Source: Mobula hypostoma
Taxonomy: Eukaryota
Direction of reading: 5' to 3'
Assembly (NCBI RefSeq): GCF_963921235.1
Contig: NC_086097.1
Location: forward strand, 255,752,001 to 255,816,000
Length of the DNA: 64,000 bases
In this document: piece after piece, positions 1 through 11,825 of the stretch
Position numbering within the stretch: position 1 is the stretch's first letter
Layout of the letters: each line of letters starts with the position of its first letter
The notes under the pieces: generated by a model
Seen by the model: only the letters and a program-made list of their open reading frames with translations
Databases searched by the model: none
Told to the model about the DNA's origin: nothing
Program-made: the position numbers and the translations under genes

Positions 1-59
1 AGCAGGGTCAATGGGCCAAATTCTGCTGCTGTGTCTCATGGTCAAGTTCAAACGTCTGA

Positions 60-815
60 CAAAAATCAATGTAGACAACATCGGCTGCCCTCTCATCACC
101 CTGTCAAAAAACTCAGTCAAATTGGTAAGGCATGATCTGGCACGCAGAAAGCCATGCTAACTTTTCCTAATGAAGCGATGCATTTCCGAATGCTCATATA
201 TCCAATTCCTTAGGACATTTTCCAGCAATTTCTTTACAACTGATGTGAGGCTCACCGGTCTATAGTTCCCAGGATTTTTTCCTGTCCTCTTCATAAACAG
301 AGGTACAACATTAGACACTCGCCAGTCCTTCAGGACCTCAACTGTAGCTAGAGAGGACACAAAGATACTGGTTAAGAGACCAGCAATCTTATCTCTTACC
401 TCCTTCAGTAACCTGGGGTGAATCCTATTAGGCCCTGGGGAACTATCCATGAGACCATAAGATATAGGAGCAGAATTAGGCCAATTGGCCCATCTAGTCT
501 GCTCCACCATTTTATCATGGCTGATCCACCTAGTATGCACCACCATTTTATCAAAGCTGAAAGAAGATACGAGGTTGCTTTGGCAATTAAGGTGAAAATA
601 AATCCCAAGGGTTTCTACCATTATATTAACAGCAAAAGGATAGTGAGGGATAAAATTGGTCCCTTAGAGAATCAGAGTGGACAGCTATGTGTGGAGCCAA
701 AAGAGATGGGGGAGATTCTGAACAATTTCTTTTCTTCGGTATTCACTAAGGAGAAGGATATTGAATTGGGTAAGATAAGAGAAACAGGTAGGGAAGTTAT
801 GGAAACTATGATGAT
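60..815. mobile_element. CR1 fragments (minus RT piece, minus 3' tail, plus linker piece)
   Basis: SPGP.RIHPRLLKE and NYRPVSLTS on minus; NPKGFYHYINSKR...LNNFFSSVFT on plus. Confidence 0.8.
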
Positions 816-817
816 TA

Positions 818-2250
818 GAGAAACATAGAAACATAGAAAATAGGTGCAGGAGTAGGCCATTCACCCCTTCGAGCCTGCACCACCATTCGGTATGATCATG
901 GCTGATCATCCAACTCAGAACTCTGTACCTGCCTTCTCTCCATACCCCCTGATCCCTTTAGCCACAAGGGCCATAAATATAGCCAATGAACTGGCCTCAA
1001 CTGTTTCCTGTGGCAGAGAATTCCACAGGTTCACCACTCTGTGTGAAGAAGTTTTTCCTCATCTCGGTCCTAAATGGTTTCCCCTTTTATTCTCAAACTG
1101 TGACCCCTCGTTCTGGACTTCCCCAACATTGGGAACAATCTTCCTGCATCTAGCCTGTCCAATCCCTTTAGAACTTTATATGTTTCAATAAGATCTCCCC
1201 TCAATCTTCTAAATTCCAGACCTTATAAGCCTAGTCGATCCAGTCTTTCATCATCCTGCCATCCCAAGAATCAATCTGGTGAACCTTCTTTGTACTCCCT
1301 CTATGGCAAGAATGTCTTTCCTCAGATTAGGAGACAAAAACTGCACACAATACTCCAGATGTGGTCTCACGAAGACCTTGTACAACTGCAGTAGTACCTC
1401 CCTGCTCCTATACTCGAATCCTCTTGCAATGAATGCCAGCATACCATTCGCCTTTTTCACCGCCTGCTGTACCTACATACCCACTTTCAATGACTGGTGT
1501 ACAATGACACCCAGGTCTTGTTGCACCTCCCCTTTTTCTAATCGGCCACCATTCAGATAATAATCTGTTTTCCTGTTTTTGCCACCAAAGTGGATAACCT
1601 CACATTTATCCACATTAAATTGCATCTGCCATGAATTTGCCCACTCACCTAACCTATCCAAGTCACCCTGCATCCTCTTAGCATCCTCCTCACAGCTAAC
1701 ACTGCCACCCAGCTTCGTGTCATCCGCAAACTTGGAGATGCTGCATTCAATTCCCTCATCCAAGTCATTAATATATATTGTAAACAACCGGGGTCCCAGC
1801 ACTGAGCCTTGTGGTACCCCACTAGTCACTGCCTGCCATTCTGAAAAGGTTCCGTTTATTCCCACTCTTTGCTTCCTGTCTGCCAACCAATTCTGTATCC
1901 ACATCAATACTATACCACCAATACCGTATGCTTTAAGTTTGCACATTAATCTCCTGTGTGGGACCTTATCAAAAGCCTTTTGAAAATCCAAATATACCAC
2001 ATCCACTGGTTCTCCCCTATCCACTCTACTAGTTACATCCTCAAAAAATTCTATGAGATTCGTCAGACATGATTTTCCTTTCACAAATCCATGCTGACTT
2101 TGTCCAATAATTTCACTGCTTACCAAATGTGCTGTTATCACATCTTTGATAACTGACTCCAGCAGTTTCCCCACCACCGATGTCAGGCTTACCGGTCTAT
2201 AATTCTCTGGTTTCTCTCTCCCTCCTTTTTTAAAAAGCGGGGTTACATTA
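818..2250 (-). mobile_element. CR1 copy of the same subfamily as 28494-31825, with internal deletions
   Basis: Translated RT is nearly identical to the 28.7 kb ORF2; tail AGAAACAT repeats at 818-840. Confidence 0.9.
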
Positions 2251-3264
2251 AGAAGAAGTACTGGAGCTTTTAAGGAATATAAAAGTGGATAAGTCTCTGG
2301 GTCCTGACAGGATATTCCCTAGGACCTTGAGGGAAGTTAGTGTAGAAATAGCAGGGGCTCTGACAGAAATATTTGAAAAGTTTAGGGGTAACATGAGGGG
2401 GAACTTCTTTACTCAGACAGTGGTAGCTGTGTGGAACAAGCTTCCAGCAGAAGTGGTTGAGGCATGGAAAAAGCCTATCCATGTCAACTCTATCTATCCC
2501 CCTCATAATTTTAAATACCTCTATCAAGTGCCCCCTCAACCTTTTACGTTCCAAAGAATAAAGACACAACTTGTTCAACCTTTCTCTATAATTTAGGAGA
2601 TGAAACCCTGGTAACATTTTAGTAAACCTACTCTGTACTCTCTCTATTTTGTTGACATCTTTCCTATAATTCGGTGACCAAAACTGTACACAATACTCCA
2701 AATTTGGCCTCACCAATTCCTTGTACAATTTCAACATTACATCCCAACTCCTATACTCAATGCCCTGATTTATAAAGGCCAGCATACTAAAAGCTTTCTT
2801 CACCACCCTATCCACATGAGATTCCACCTTTAGGGAACTACGCACCATTATTCCTAGATCCCTCTGTTCTACTGCATTCTTCAATGCCCTACCATTTACC
2901 ATGTACGTCCTATTTTGATTAATCCTACCAAAATGTAGCACCTCACATTTATCAGCAGTAAACTCCATCTGCCATCTTTCAGCCCACTCTTCTAACTGGC
3001 CTAAATCTCTCTGCAAGCTTTGAAAACTTACTTCGTCATCCACAACTCCACCTATCTTAGTATCATCTGCATACTTACTCATCCAATTTACCACCCCATA
3101 ATCCAGATCATTAATGTATATGACAAATAACATTGGGCACAGTACAGATCCCTGAGGCACATCACTAGTCCCCAGCCTCCAATCTGACAAACAGTTATCC
3201 ACCACCACTCTCTGGCGTCTCCCATCCAGCCACTGCTGAATCCATTTTACTACTTCAATATTAA
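2251..3264 (-). mobile_element. CR1 RT fragment (same subfamily as 24687-25590) plus short plus-strand pieces
   Basis: VPQGSVL, YADD, RPNLEYCVQFWSP in the 2270-3316 ORF. Confidence 0.85.
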
Positions 3265-4940
3265 TTGTTGTTGTCATCATGGCTATCCCTTGAGGTCGTG
3301 GATGATGGTCTTCCATCTGTTGATCTACTTATGGGCTCACAAGTGGCTTATGAGTCCAATCTTGACTTTGAAAGTTCTTCCGCATTCAGGACGGGTGGTT
3401 CCAGATGGCAGATCGGACTTTGGTTGTTGCTGCCTCTCTTTCCATTTTCTTCTCTTTTCTTCTAATTCTGCACATGTGTTGGCTTCGAAAATTGCTGTTC
3501 CTTCTCGGATGATGGCTTGCCAGAGTTTCCTGTCCTTGGCAGTGGTTTCCCAATTGTTGATGTCGATGCTACATTTCTTCATGTTGGCTTTTAAGATGTC
3601 TTTGAATCTCTTCTGTTGTCCACCTCTTTTACATTTGCCTTCTTTAAGCTGGGAGTAGAAGATTTGTTTCGGCAGACGTCCGTCTTTCATCCAAACAACA
3701 TGACCGCTCCATCTTGGTTGGTTCTTGATGACATAGGCTTCAATGCTTGTTGTTTTTGCTTCATTTATCTCACTGACGTTGGTTCTTCTATCTTCCAAGC
3801 TGATATTTAAGATGTTTCGAAGACAGCGTTGATGAAACTTTTCCAGTGCCTTCAGATGACGTTGATAAGTTGTCCAGGTTTCTAATGCATACTAGGAAGG
3901 ATGTGGAAGCATTGGAAAGGGTACAGAGGAGATCTACCTGGATGCTGCCTGGTTTAGAGAGTATGCATTATGATCAGAGATTAAGGGAGCTAAGGCTTTA
4001 CTCTTTGGAGAGAAGGAGGATGAGAGGAGAATTGATAGAGGTGTACAAGATAATAAGAGGAATAGATAGAGTGGATAGCCAGCACTTCTTCCCAGGGCAC
4101 CTCTGCTCAGTAGAAGGGGACATGGCTTGAAGGTAAGGGGTGGGAAGTTCAAGGGGGATATTAGGGGAAGGTTTTTTACTCAGAGAGTGGTTGGTGCGTG
4201 GAATGCACTGCCTGAGTCAGTGGTGGAGGCAGATACACGAGTGAAGTTTAAGAGACTACTAGACAGGTATATGGAGGAATTTAAGGTGGGGGGGGTTATA
4301 CGGGAGGCTGGGTTTGAGGGTCAGCACAACATTGTGGGCCAAAGGGCCTGTAATGTGCTGTACTATTCTATGTTCTATGTTCTATGTTCTATACAGGAGC
4401 GTTGGGAATACCACTGCTTTGTACACTAACATTTTGCTGTCTGTTCAGATGTCACGATCATGAAAGACTCTTATTCGGAGACGTACAAAAGCTGTTCCAG
4501 CGCATTTAAGACAATGTTGGATCTCGTCATTAACATCGACATTGGAGGAGAGGTGACTTCCAAGATACAGAAAGTGGTCCACATTTTCCAGGGTTGTTTC
4601 GCCAAGTTGAATTGATGGTTCTATCCGATTTGTCTCAATTGGTGACGGTTGATAGATGATCTGAGTCTTCTTGGAATTGATGGTAAGTCCAAGTTTCGTG
4701 TATGCACGGTTGAAGGCAGTCAGACTCTGTTGTAGGTGGTTTTCTGAAAGAGCTGAAACACTGTTGTCATTTGCGTATTGGAACTCGATGAGGGAACTCG
4801 TGGATGTCTTCGTTTTGGATTTCAGAGGGGCAAGATTGAAAAGTCTGCCATCTGTTCTGTAGGCAATTTCGATTCCTGGGGGTAGGTCGTCCTTGATAAT
4901 GTGGACGATTGTCGCAATGAAGATGGTGAATAAAGTTGGA
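3265..4940 (-). mobile_element. Decayed RTE-clade LINE interrupted by a CR1 3' end (3890-4393, plus)
   Basis: RWSGHVV.M...RLPKQIFY.QL..G....GGQ.KRFKD and IGLISHL C-terminus; (CAA)n tail at 3265; DGRLFNL-type RT segment near 4830-4860. Confidence 0.8.
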
Positions 4941-5199
4941 CATTAATACCTAACAATTGAACCTTCCATGTGGGACCTTGTCTTAAACCTCTTCCTATCT
5001 AATAACTCTCGAGCAGCTGTGGAGGCCAAGTCTTTGGGTATATTTAATCAGGGATTGATAGATTGAGGGGGTGGTAATTTGGATGAGTAAGTATGCAGAT
5101 TGATAGGTAAGGGCGTCACAGCCTGATATGGAAACACCAATGTCCTGTAATGGAAATTCATACAAGTAGTGGATACGGCTCTGTCCAGCCTAGGTAAAT

Positions 5200-5412
5200 C
5201 ACAAACAAGAGAAAATCTGCAGATGCTGGAAATCCAAGCAACACACACAAAATGCTGGGAGAAATCAGCAGGCCAGGCAGCATCTATGGAAAAGAGTACA
5301 GTCAATGTTTCGGGCTGAGACCCTTCATGGGTCTCACCCAAAACATCGACTATACCCTTTTCCATAGATGCTGCCTGGCCTGCTGAGTTCCTCCAGCATT
5401 TTGTGTGTGTTG
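5200..5412. mobile_element. Head-to-head inverted pair of the hammerhead-bearing short element (cores degenerate)
   Basis: Minus copy 5200-5329 and plus copy 5328-5412 share TCCATAGATGCTGCCTGGCCTGCTGA...CCAGCATTTTGTGTGTGTTG and join at the ribozyme region. Confidence 0.75.
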
Positions 5413-5607
5413 TCAGCCGAGGTAAAGACCACCATTGAGCACATCTACATGAAATGCTGTTGTAGGAAAGCAGCATCTATCATCAGGGACCCACACCGAC
5501 CAGGGCATGCTTTCTTCTCGCTGATGCCATCAGGAAGAGAGTACAGGAGTCTCAGGACTCACACCACCAGTTACTATCCCCCAGCCATCAGTCTCTTGAA
5601 CCAAATA

Positions 5608-6420
5608 CCATAAGACCATAAGATATAGGAGTAGAATTAGGCCATATGGCCCATTGAGTCTGCTCTGTCATTTCATCAAGGCCAATCTATTTCTTTCCCA
5701 GCACCAATCTCCTGCCTTCTCTCCATATCCCTTCATGCTATGACAAATCAAGAATCTATCAACCTCTGCCTTAAATATACCCAATAACTTGGATTCCACA
5801 ACCACCGGTGGCAATGAATTCTGTAGATTTGCCACTCTCTGGCTGAAGAAATTTCTCCTCATCTCCATTCTAAATGGATGTCCCTCTATTCTGAGGCTGT
5901 GCCCTCTGGTTCTAGACACCCCACCAAACATCCTCTCCACATCCATTCAAAGCCTTTCAATATCCAATAGGTTTCAATGAGACCATTCCTCACTATTCAG
6001 AATTCCAGTGAGTACAGGCCCTGAGCCATCAATCAGTTCTCATATGGTAACCCTTTCATTCCCAAAATCATTCTCATGAACCTCCTCTGAACCCCCTCCA
6101 ATGTCACACATCCTTTCTTACATAAGGAGCCTAAAACTGTTCACAATTCTCCGAATGAGGCCTTATCAGTGCCTTATAAAGCCTCAACATTACATTCTAG
6201 CTTTTATATTCTAGTCCTCTTGAAATGAATGCTAACATTGCACTTGCTTTTCTCACCACTGACTTAACTTGCAAATTAACCTTTAAGGAATCCTGCACGA
6301 GAACTCCCAAATCCTCTTGTGCCTCAGATTTCTGTATTTTCTCTCCACTTAGAAAATACTGTACGTTTTTATTTCTTCCACCAAAGTTCATGACCATACA
6401 CTTCCTGACACCGTATTCCA
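5608..6420 (-). mobile_element. Decayed CR1 3' end
   Basis: RTRGHSLRIEG, FFSQRV.NL.NSLP; (TCTTATGG)n tail. Confidence 0.85.
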
Positions 6421-7159
6421 AAGTGGATAACTTCACTTGCCTCATCTTTGAAATGTTCCCACAGCAATGAACTCACTTTTGAGGACTCTTCATTTCATGT
6501 TCTTAATATTAATTGTTTATTTGTTTATTTATTATTATTTCTTCTTTCATTTTGTATTTGCACAGTTTGTTGTCTTCCGAACACTGGTTGAGCATCCAAT
6601 TTGGATGGTCTTTCTTTGATTCTGTTATGGTTATTATTCTATGCATTTCTCCAGCTATGTATATGAGAAATCCTGTTATGGTCTGATCACTCTTCCTTTG
6701 ACCTTTACTTGACACCATACCAAATAGCCTTAATTAATCTTTCTTTCAAAATAAAGATGGTCATGTTGCTTGATTCAAATGGATGTGTTAGAGACTCTGA
6801 TAAATTGTGGTGTAGTATTGTGGAAAGTCTGTGATTTGTGTCACGAGTCCAGAGTTTACACCAGATCATCATGCTATGTTATCAATAGTTAATTAAACAT
6901 AATATTGCAGCATATGTTTCAATATTTTAAAGGCACCGAATAGGCACAAAATGGAAAAGATGGTGAACAGGTCTGCCTGCATTGCTTTGGCATTCTGCAG
7001 GTCACAGTCCATTTGGAAACCTTTGGTCAAAATCCAGTTCGGATCACTGTACTAATGAACAATCTCTTGCTAGTATTCAGCATTTTATCAGCAATGCCAA
7101 ATGGATTGTATTTAAAAACATGAATGAAACTCAGTTCACCCTCTCCCACGTATTTAAAA

Positions 7160-7405
7160 TATTTTATTTATTTTATGTAGTGATACAACACAATAATAGG
7201 CTCTTATGGCCCAACAAGCCTTTGCCGTCCAATTACACTCATGTGACAAATTAATCCGCTAACCCATACATCTTTGGAATGTGGGGGGAAACTAGAGCAC
7301 CCTGAGGAACCCCATGTGGTTATGAGGAGAACGTAAAAACTCCTTACAGCCTTTAGCAGGAATTGAACCTTGGTCACTGGCACTGTAACAGTGTAATGGT
7401 AACTG
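7160..7405 (-). mobile_element. tRNA-derived V-SINE-like element
   Basis: Minus strand GGTTCAATTCC then GGAGTTT...GTTCTCC...GGGTGCTCTAGTTTCCCCCCACATTCCAAAGATGTATGGGTTAG, with an A-rich tail. Confidence 0.7.
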
Positions 7406-7613
7406 CAATGATACTCATATCTGCAAGCATATGACAGAATCACAAACAATTTTCAATAATTTTAGATATCTTAATTTTATATGAATTATCACATTTACAA
7501 AGCACACTATGCAACCACATTTCTACAGCACTTATTGTCCACGATTTAAAATGTATATATAATGTCCATAATTCAATAACCAAAACATTTTGCAGTTAGT
7601 AATTTTGAACATC

Positions 7614-7619
7614 TTTATT
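7614..7619 (-). promoter_or_regulatory. Candidate polyadenylation signal of GPR141
   Basis: TTTATT on plus = AATAAA on minus, about 50 nt after the GPR141 stop. Another occurs near 7163. Confidence 0.4.
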
Positions 7620-7669
7620 GTACATGAGAATTAATTTGCATTCATTTGAAACTAGACCAGACTAATTTT

Positions 7670-8512
7670 TTAATGCGCAGTGAAAAAGAAGATCAGCCCA
7701 TCAAAGCAGCTTATTGTTGTTAGAGCTAAGAATATTTCATTAATAATATAACAAGACTCATCTTGCTGAATGTAGAACAACCTGTAGACAAGGTAGGGCA
7801 AAAAACATGTGATCATAAGAAATAAAATCAACAATGTCTTTTTCTGTGCTCCAAATTCCTGTCGTTTGTGTAAGGTCCTGGTGTGCTTAGCTGCTAATTT
7901 TATTATTATCCTCATCTCAATGGCAAGCAAGATACAAATTGTTGTTAGTACAACAGCAATAAGAATGTAGTTCACAGATTTTACATATCTTTCACTAATT
8001 TCTTTTTGGAACTGGAAGCATTCAGTTGTGTTATACTCCTTTGAAGCACCATAGAAACTGAAAAACAGTGGGAGGATGGCAAGAATCACCAATGCCCAGA
8101 TTGCCAGGCTGACAGCACAGGAGTGCCAAGGTTGGTAAAATCGCATTGACTTCTTTCCTCCAAAGAAACTGGACATCCTTATGACAACTATAATGACATA
8201 AAACACAAAGGACAGGTACATGTGGACATGAATCATCGCACTCACTACCTTACAGAATATCTTGCTGAAGCTCCATTTATTCAAAACATAATAGGAGATG
8301 CGGAAAGGCAGAGTTAAGATAAAGATTGTGTGCACTGACATGAGATTGATGACAGCAATAGATGTCACTGACTTTTTATCATTTTTGATCTTCCATATCA
8401 TGATGAAAGCACCAGCAGAACCTCCCACTAACACAAGCCCATAAATTCCGATTAAAATTTTCTGAGCAGAGTTTTGCAAAAGATCACAGGTGTCTTTCGT
8501 TATATTAGCCAT
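7670..8512 (-). CDS. GPR141: Orphan class A GPCR, GPR141-like (280 aa, single coding exon)
   Basis: ATG-to-TAA ORF in non-repetitive AT-rich DNA with seven hydrophobic segments. Motifs match GPR141 as I know it: SVTSIAVINL, LTLPFRI, FCKVVSAMIHVHMYLSF.FY, CFQF.KE, QEF.AQ.K, CFLPY, NEIFL.LT.ISC.D. Kozak-like AGAATGG; AATAAA on minus at 7614-7619. Confidence 0.92.
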   Translation of the reverse strand: MANITKDTCDLLQNSAQKILIGIYGLVLVGGSAGAFIMIWKIKNDKKSVTSIAVINLMSVHTIFILTLPFRISYYVLNKWSFSKIFCKVVSAMIHVHMYLSFVFYVIIVVIRMSSFFGGKKSMRFYQPWHSCAVSLAIWALVILAILPLFFSFYGASKEYNTTECFQFQKEISERYVKSVNYILIAVVLTTICILLAIEMRIIIKLAAKHTRTLHKRQEFGAQKKTLLILFLMITCFLPYLVYRLFYIQQDESCYIINEIFLALTTISCFDGLIFFFTAH

Positions 8513-9094
8513 TCTGCAGATCCTTCAAGAACAAGTAACTTGTTTGTAATTAAAAGCGAAGAGTTTTCTGCAAAAGAAATGAAGAAATTATCCACACACC
8601 TCTGGAAAATGTACTGAAAAGGAGCTAATCAACAACATTGTTGCAGAACTCACAGATAAGTTGTTTGTAGTCAACCGCATTAACCTTGTTGGTTTTGAAA
8701 CCTGAAAGAAAAGATTTAAGATATAATAATTAAAACAATGGAACACATTAAATACTAATCATTGTATATCAGTGCCCATTACTAATGGGGCCATGGCTGC
8801 TGAAAAATATGACAACTATATGGTCTTATGTAGATGATACAAAAATGGAGGGCTATGTAGGAGGAAAGAGTTAGGTTGATCTTAGGGTAGGTTAAAAGGT
8901 CGGCACAAAGTTGTGAGCCAAAGGGGCTGCACTGTGTTGTTGCATTCAACGTTCTAAAGTGTAATACAACATATTGTGTGGCATTGACCACCAGCAATGT
9001 GCAATGGGAGCTCCCAGAACCCTGGTGTAATTGGTAGAAGGAATGGGTTCTCTCACAAACTATCCACTTGGTCAATCCAGCATGCTGTACATCC

Positions 9095-9390
9095 GGCAGT
9101 TAGCATAATGCTTTGCAGTGCCAGAGATTGTGGTTCAATTCCTGCCGCTGCCTGTGAGAAGTTTGTACGTCCTCCTGTGATTGCATGTGTTTTCACCATT
9201 TGCTCCAGTTTCCACGCACATTCCAAAAATGTACGGGTTAGTTTTAGTGAGTTGTGAGCATGCTATATTGGTGCTGGAAGCATGGCGACACTTGTGGACT
9301 GCCCCAGCACATCCTTGCACTGTGTTGATCATTGCCACAAATGACACATTTCACTGTATGTTTTGAAGCACATGTGACAGGTAAAGATAA
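9095..9390 (+). mobile_element. tRNA-derived V-SINE-like element
   Basis: B-box GGTTCAATTCC at about 9132, followed by V-domain-like AGTTTGTACGTCCTCCTGTG...TGCTCCAGTTTCC...CATTCCAAAAATGTACGGGTTAG. Confidence 0.7.
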
Positions 9391-9399
9391 TCTTCAGCT

Positions 9400-10290
9400 T
9401 GACACTCAACCTATTCTTATTAGGCATGCTCTCCAATCCAGGCAAATCTCCTCTGCACTCTCTATAGCATCCACATCCTTCCTGTAATGAGGTGACCAGA
9501 ACTGAACACAGTACACCAAGTGGGTCTGACCAAGGACTCATATAGCTGTCACATTACCTCACGGCTCTTGAACTCAATCCCACATTTGATGAAGGTGAAC
9601 ACACCATACGCCTTTTTAACAACACTGTCAACCTGCACAGCAGTTCCTATGGACACGGACCCCGAGGTCTCTCTGATCCTTTGCACTGCCAAGAGTCTTA
9701 CCATTAATACTATATTCTGTCTTCAATTTGACCTACCAAAATTAACCACTTCACATTTATCTAGTTTGAACTCCTTATGCCAGTTCTCAGCCCAGTTCTG
9801 CAGCTACCAATGTCCTGCTGTACCCTCTAGCCTATCCACAACACCCGCAACTTGTGTGTCATCAGCAAACTTACTAACCCACCTTGCTACTTTCTGATCC
9901 AGGTCATTTATAAAAATCACAAAGAGGAGGAGTCCCAGAACAAATGCCTGAAGCCCAGCACTGGTCACCAACCTCCATGCAGAATATGAACCACCTACAA
10001 CCACCCTTTGCCTTCTATGGGCAAGCCAACTCTAGATACACAAAGCAATGTCCCCTTGGATCCCATACCTCCTTACTTATTGAATGAGCCTTGCATGGGG
10101 AACCTTACTGAAATTCATATACACTACATCCACTGCTCTACCTTTATCAATGTGTTTCGTTACATCCTCAAATAATTCAATTAGGCTCGTAAGGCATGGC
10201 CTGCCTTTGACAAAGCCATGCTGACTATCCCTAATCAGATAACATTTCTCCATACGCTCATAAATCCTGCCTCTTGGGATCTTCTCCAAC
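9400..10290 (-). mobile_element. Decayed CR1 RT fragment
   Basis: DSQHGFVKGR.CLT.LIE.FE and KFADD in short ORFs. Confidence 0.8.
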
Positions 10291-10850
10291 AAAGGTTAAA
10301 GATCTCAGTGAACACTCCAGCCAGTTGATCAGCACAGGTCTTTAGTACGTGGCCAGGTACTTCGTACTGGGCCAGATGCTTTTCATGGGTTCACCCCCCG
10401 AAGGCTGCTCACGCGTCAGCCGCAAAGACTGAAATCACCAGATCATCAGGGGCTGTGGGAATTTGTGATGGCTCCTCCATGGTTTGTCAGTCAAAGCGAT
10501 TATAGAAGGCATTGAGCTCATCTGGAACATAGGAGTTGTCTATTGGTGGGTCCTCAGGTGGCTGTAGAGCCTGTTCAGGGATCCACATATTCTGGTGCAG
10601 TGTGGACAAGAGCAAGTAGTGGCTGTGATTAGTGGTTGGGTCTTTTGGCTATTCAATTTTACGTTCTTCAATGTTAGGTGGGTAGAGGAACAGAGGGATC
10701 TCAGATATTTACACCACTCACCGAAAGATGCACTGCAGAACAGTAAGGCCGCCAAGTTACTAGAACAGAAATGCAGGGTAGTTATACTTCAGCAGTATTG
10801 AATCTTGCATGGACCCTAGAGTGATGTGGAGTTTTGGCCACATTATGAAC

Positions 10851-11825
10851 TGCAAAAGTCTCAGGCACCCTAGATTTTTATATAAACTTTGTTTTAAAAT
10901 TTTATATTTTTGTCTTCTGCATCAGTGTGTCAGTAGAAAAGAGCAAATTTTAGATTTCTAACCATTCTTTTTCTGATTAACTGAAACAGGAATGGGTGTA
11001 GAAGGAATCAAACTGGACGAAGGACAACCAAACTAAAAGGTGAGGCTGTGGGAGGTGTGACAGTTTAACTTTCAAATCATCAATTCCTACACCATGGCAA
11101 GAGTGAGCATAGCAACAAGACACAAAGTGGTCAACTGCATCACCAACATCTCTGCCAAGCAGAAATTTCGCAGCAGACAGGAGCTTCAAGATGTGCTCTC
11201 CAAGCTCTTCTGAAGAAGCACAAAGAAATAGGCAAGGATGAGGACCAGAAATGCAGTGCTCAGGCGTGGAAAATGAGTTTAGCAAATGAGAGATACATCA
11301 GACTGACATCCCTTCTAAATCAGAAGTCTAACACTGCTATCAGCTCTGAACTCACAGAAACCTTTGGAACCCAAGGATGCCCCTCTACAGTCATGGAAGA
11401 GCTGCTGCCAAAATGCCATTCCACCAAAGTGGAAACAAAGAGATTCAACTATGCACAAAAATGCAAGAACTGGGATGCTGAAAATTGGCAGCAAGTACTC
11501 TGGACTGATGAGTTAAAATTTGAAATCTTTGGCTCCAACAGGTAGCAGTTTGTCCATAGAAGAGATGGAAAGCGCTGCATGGATGAGTGCTATAGCCAAC
11601 AGCAAAGCATGGTGGAGGTTCTCTGCAGGTTTGGAACTGCATTTATGTAAATAAAGTCGGTGATCTGGTCAGAATTAATGGAATCCTCAGTGTTGAGGTA
11701 GAAGCAGATTCTCAGTCATTACAATATCGTTAGAGAGGCATCTGATCAGTCCCAACTGTATTCTGCTGCAGAACATTGACACCAAACACACGACCATGGT
11801 CATAAAGTACTATCTTCAGCAAAAA
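10851..11825 (+). mobile_element. Tc1/mariner transposon, left part (decayed transposase)
   Basis: TIR remnant TGCAAAAGTCTCAGGCACC; WQQVLWTDELKFEIFG; KHGGGSLQVWNCI at about 11605-11642; degenerate QDNDPKHT near 11765-11792. Confidence 0.85.

Noticed and set aside
2270..3316. 348-aa ORF that could be read as a host RT fusion
   Set aside because: Chance read-through across RTE tail, CR1 minus and CR1 plus fragments.
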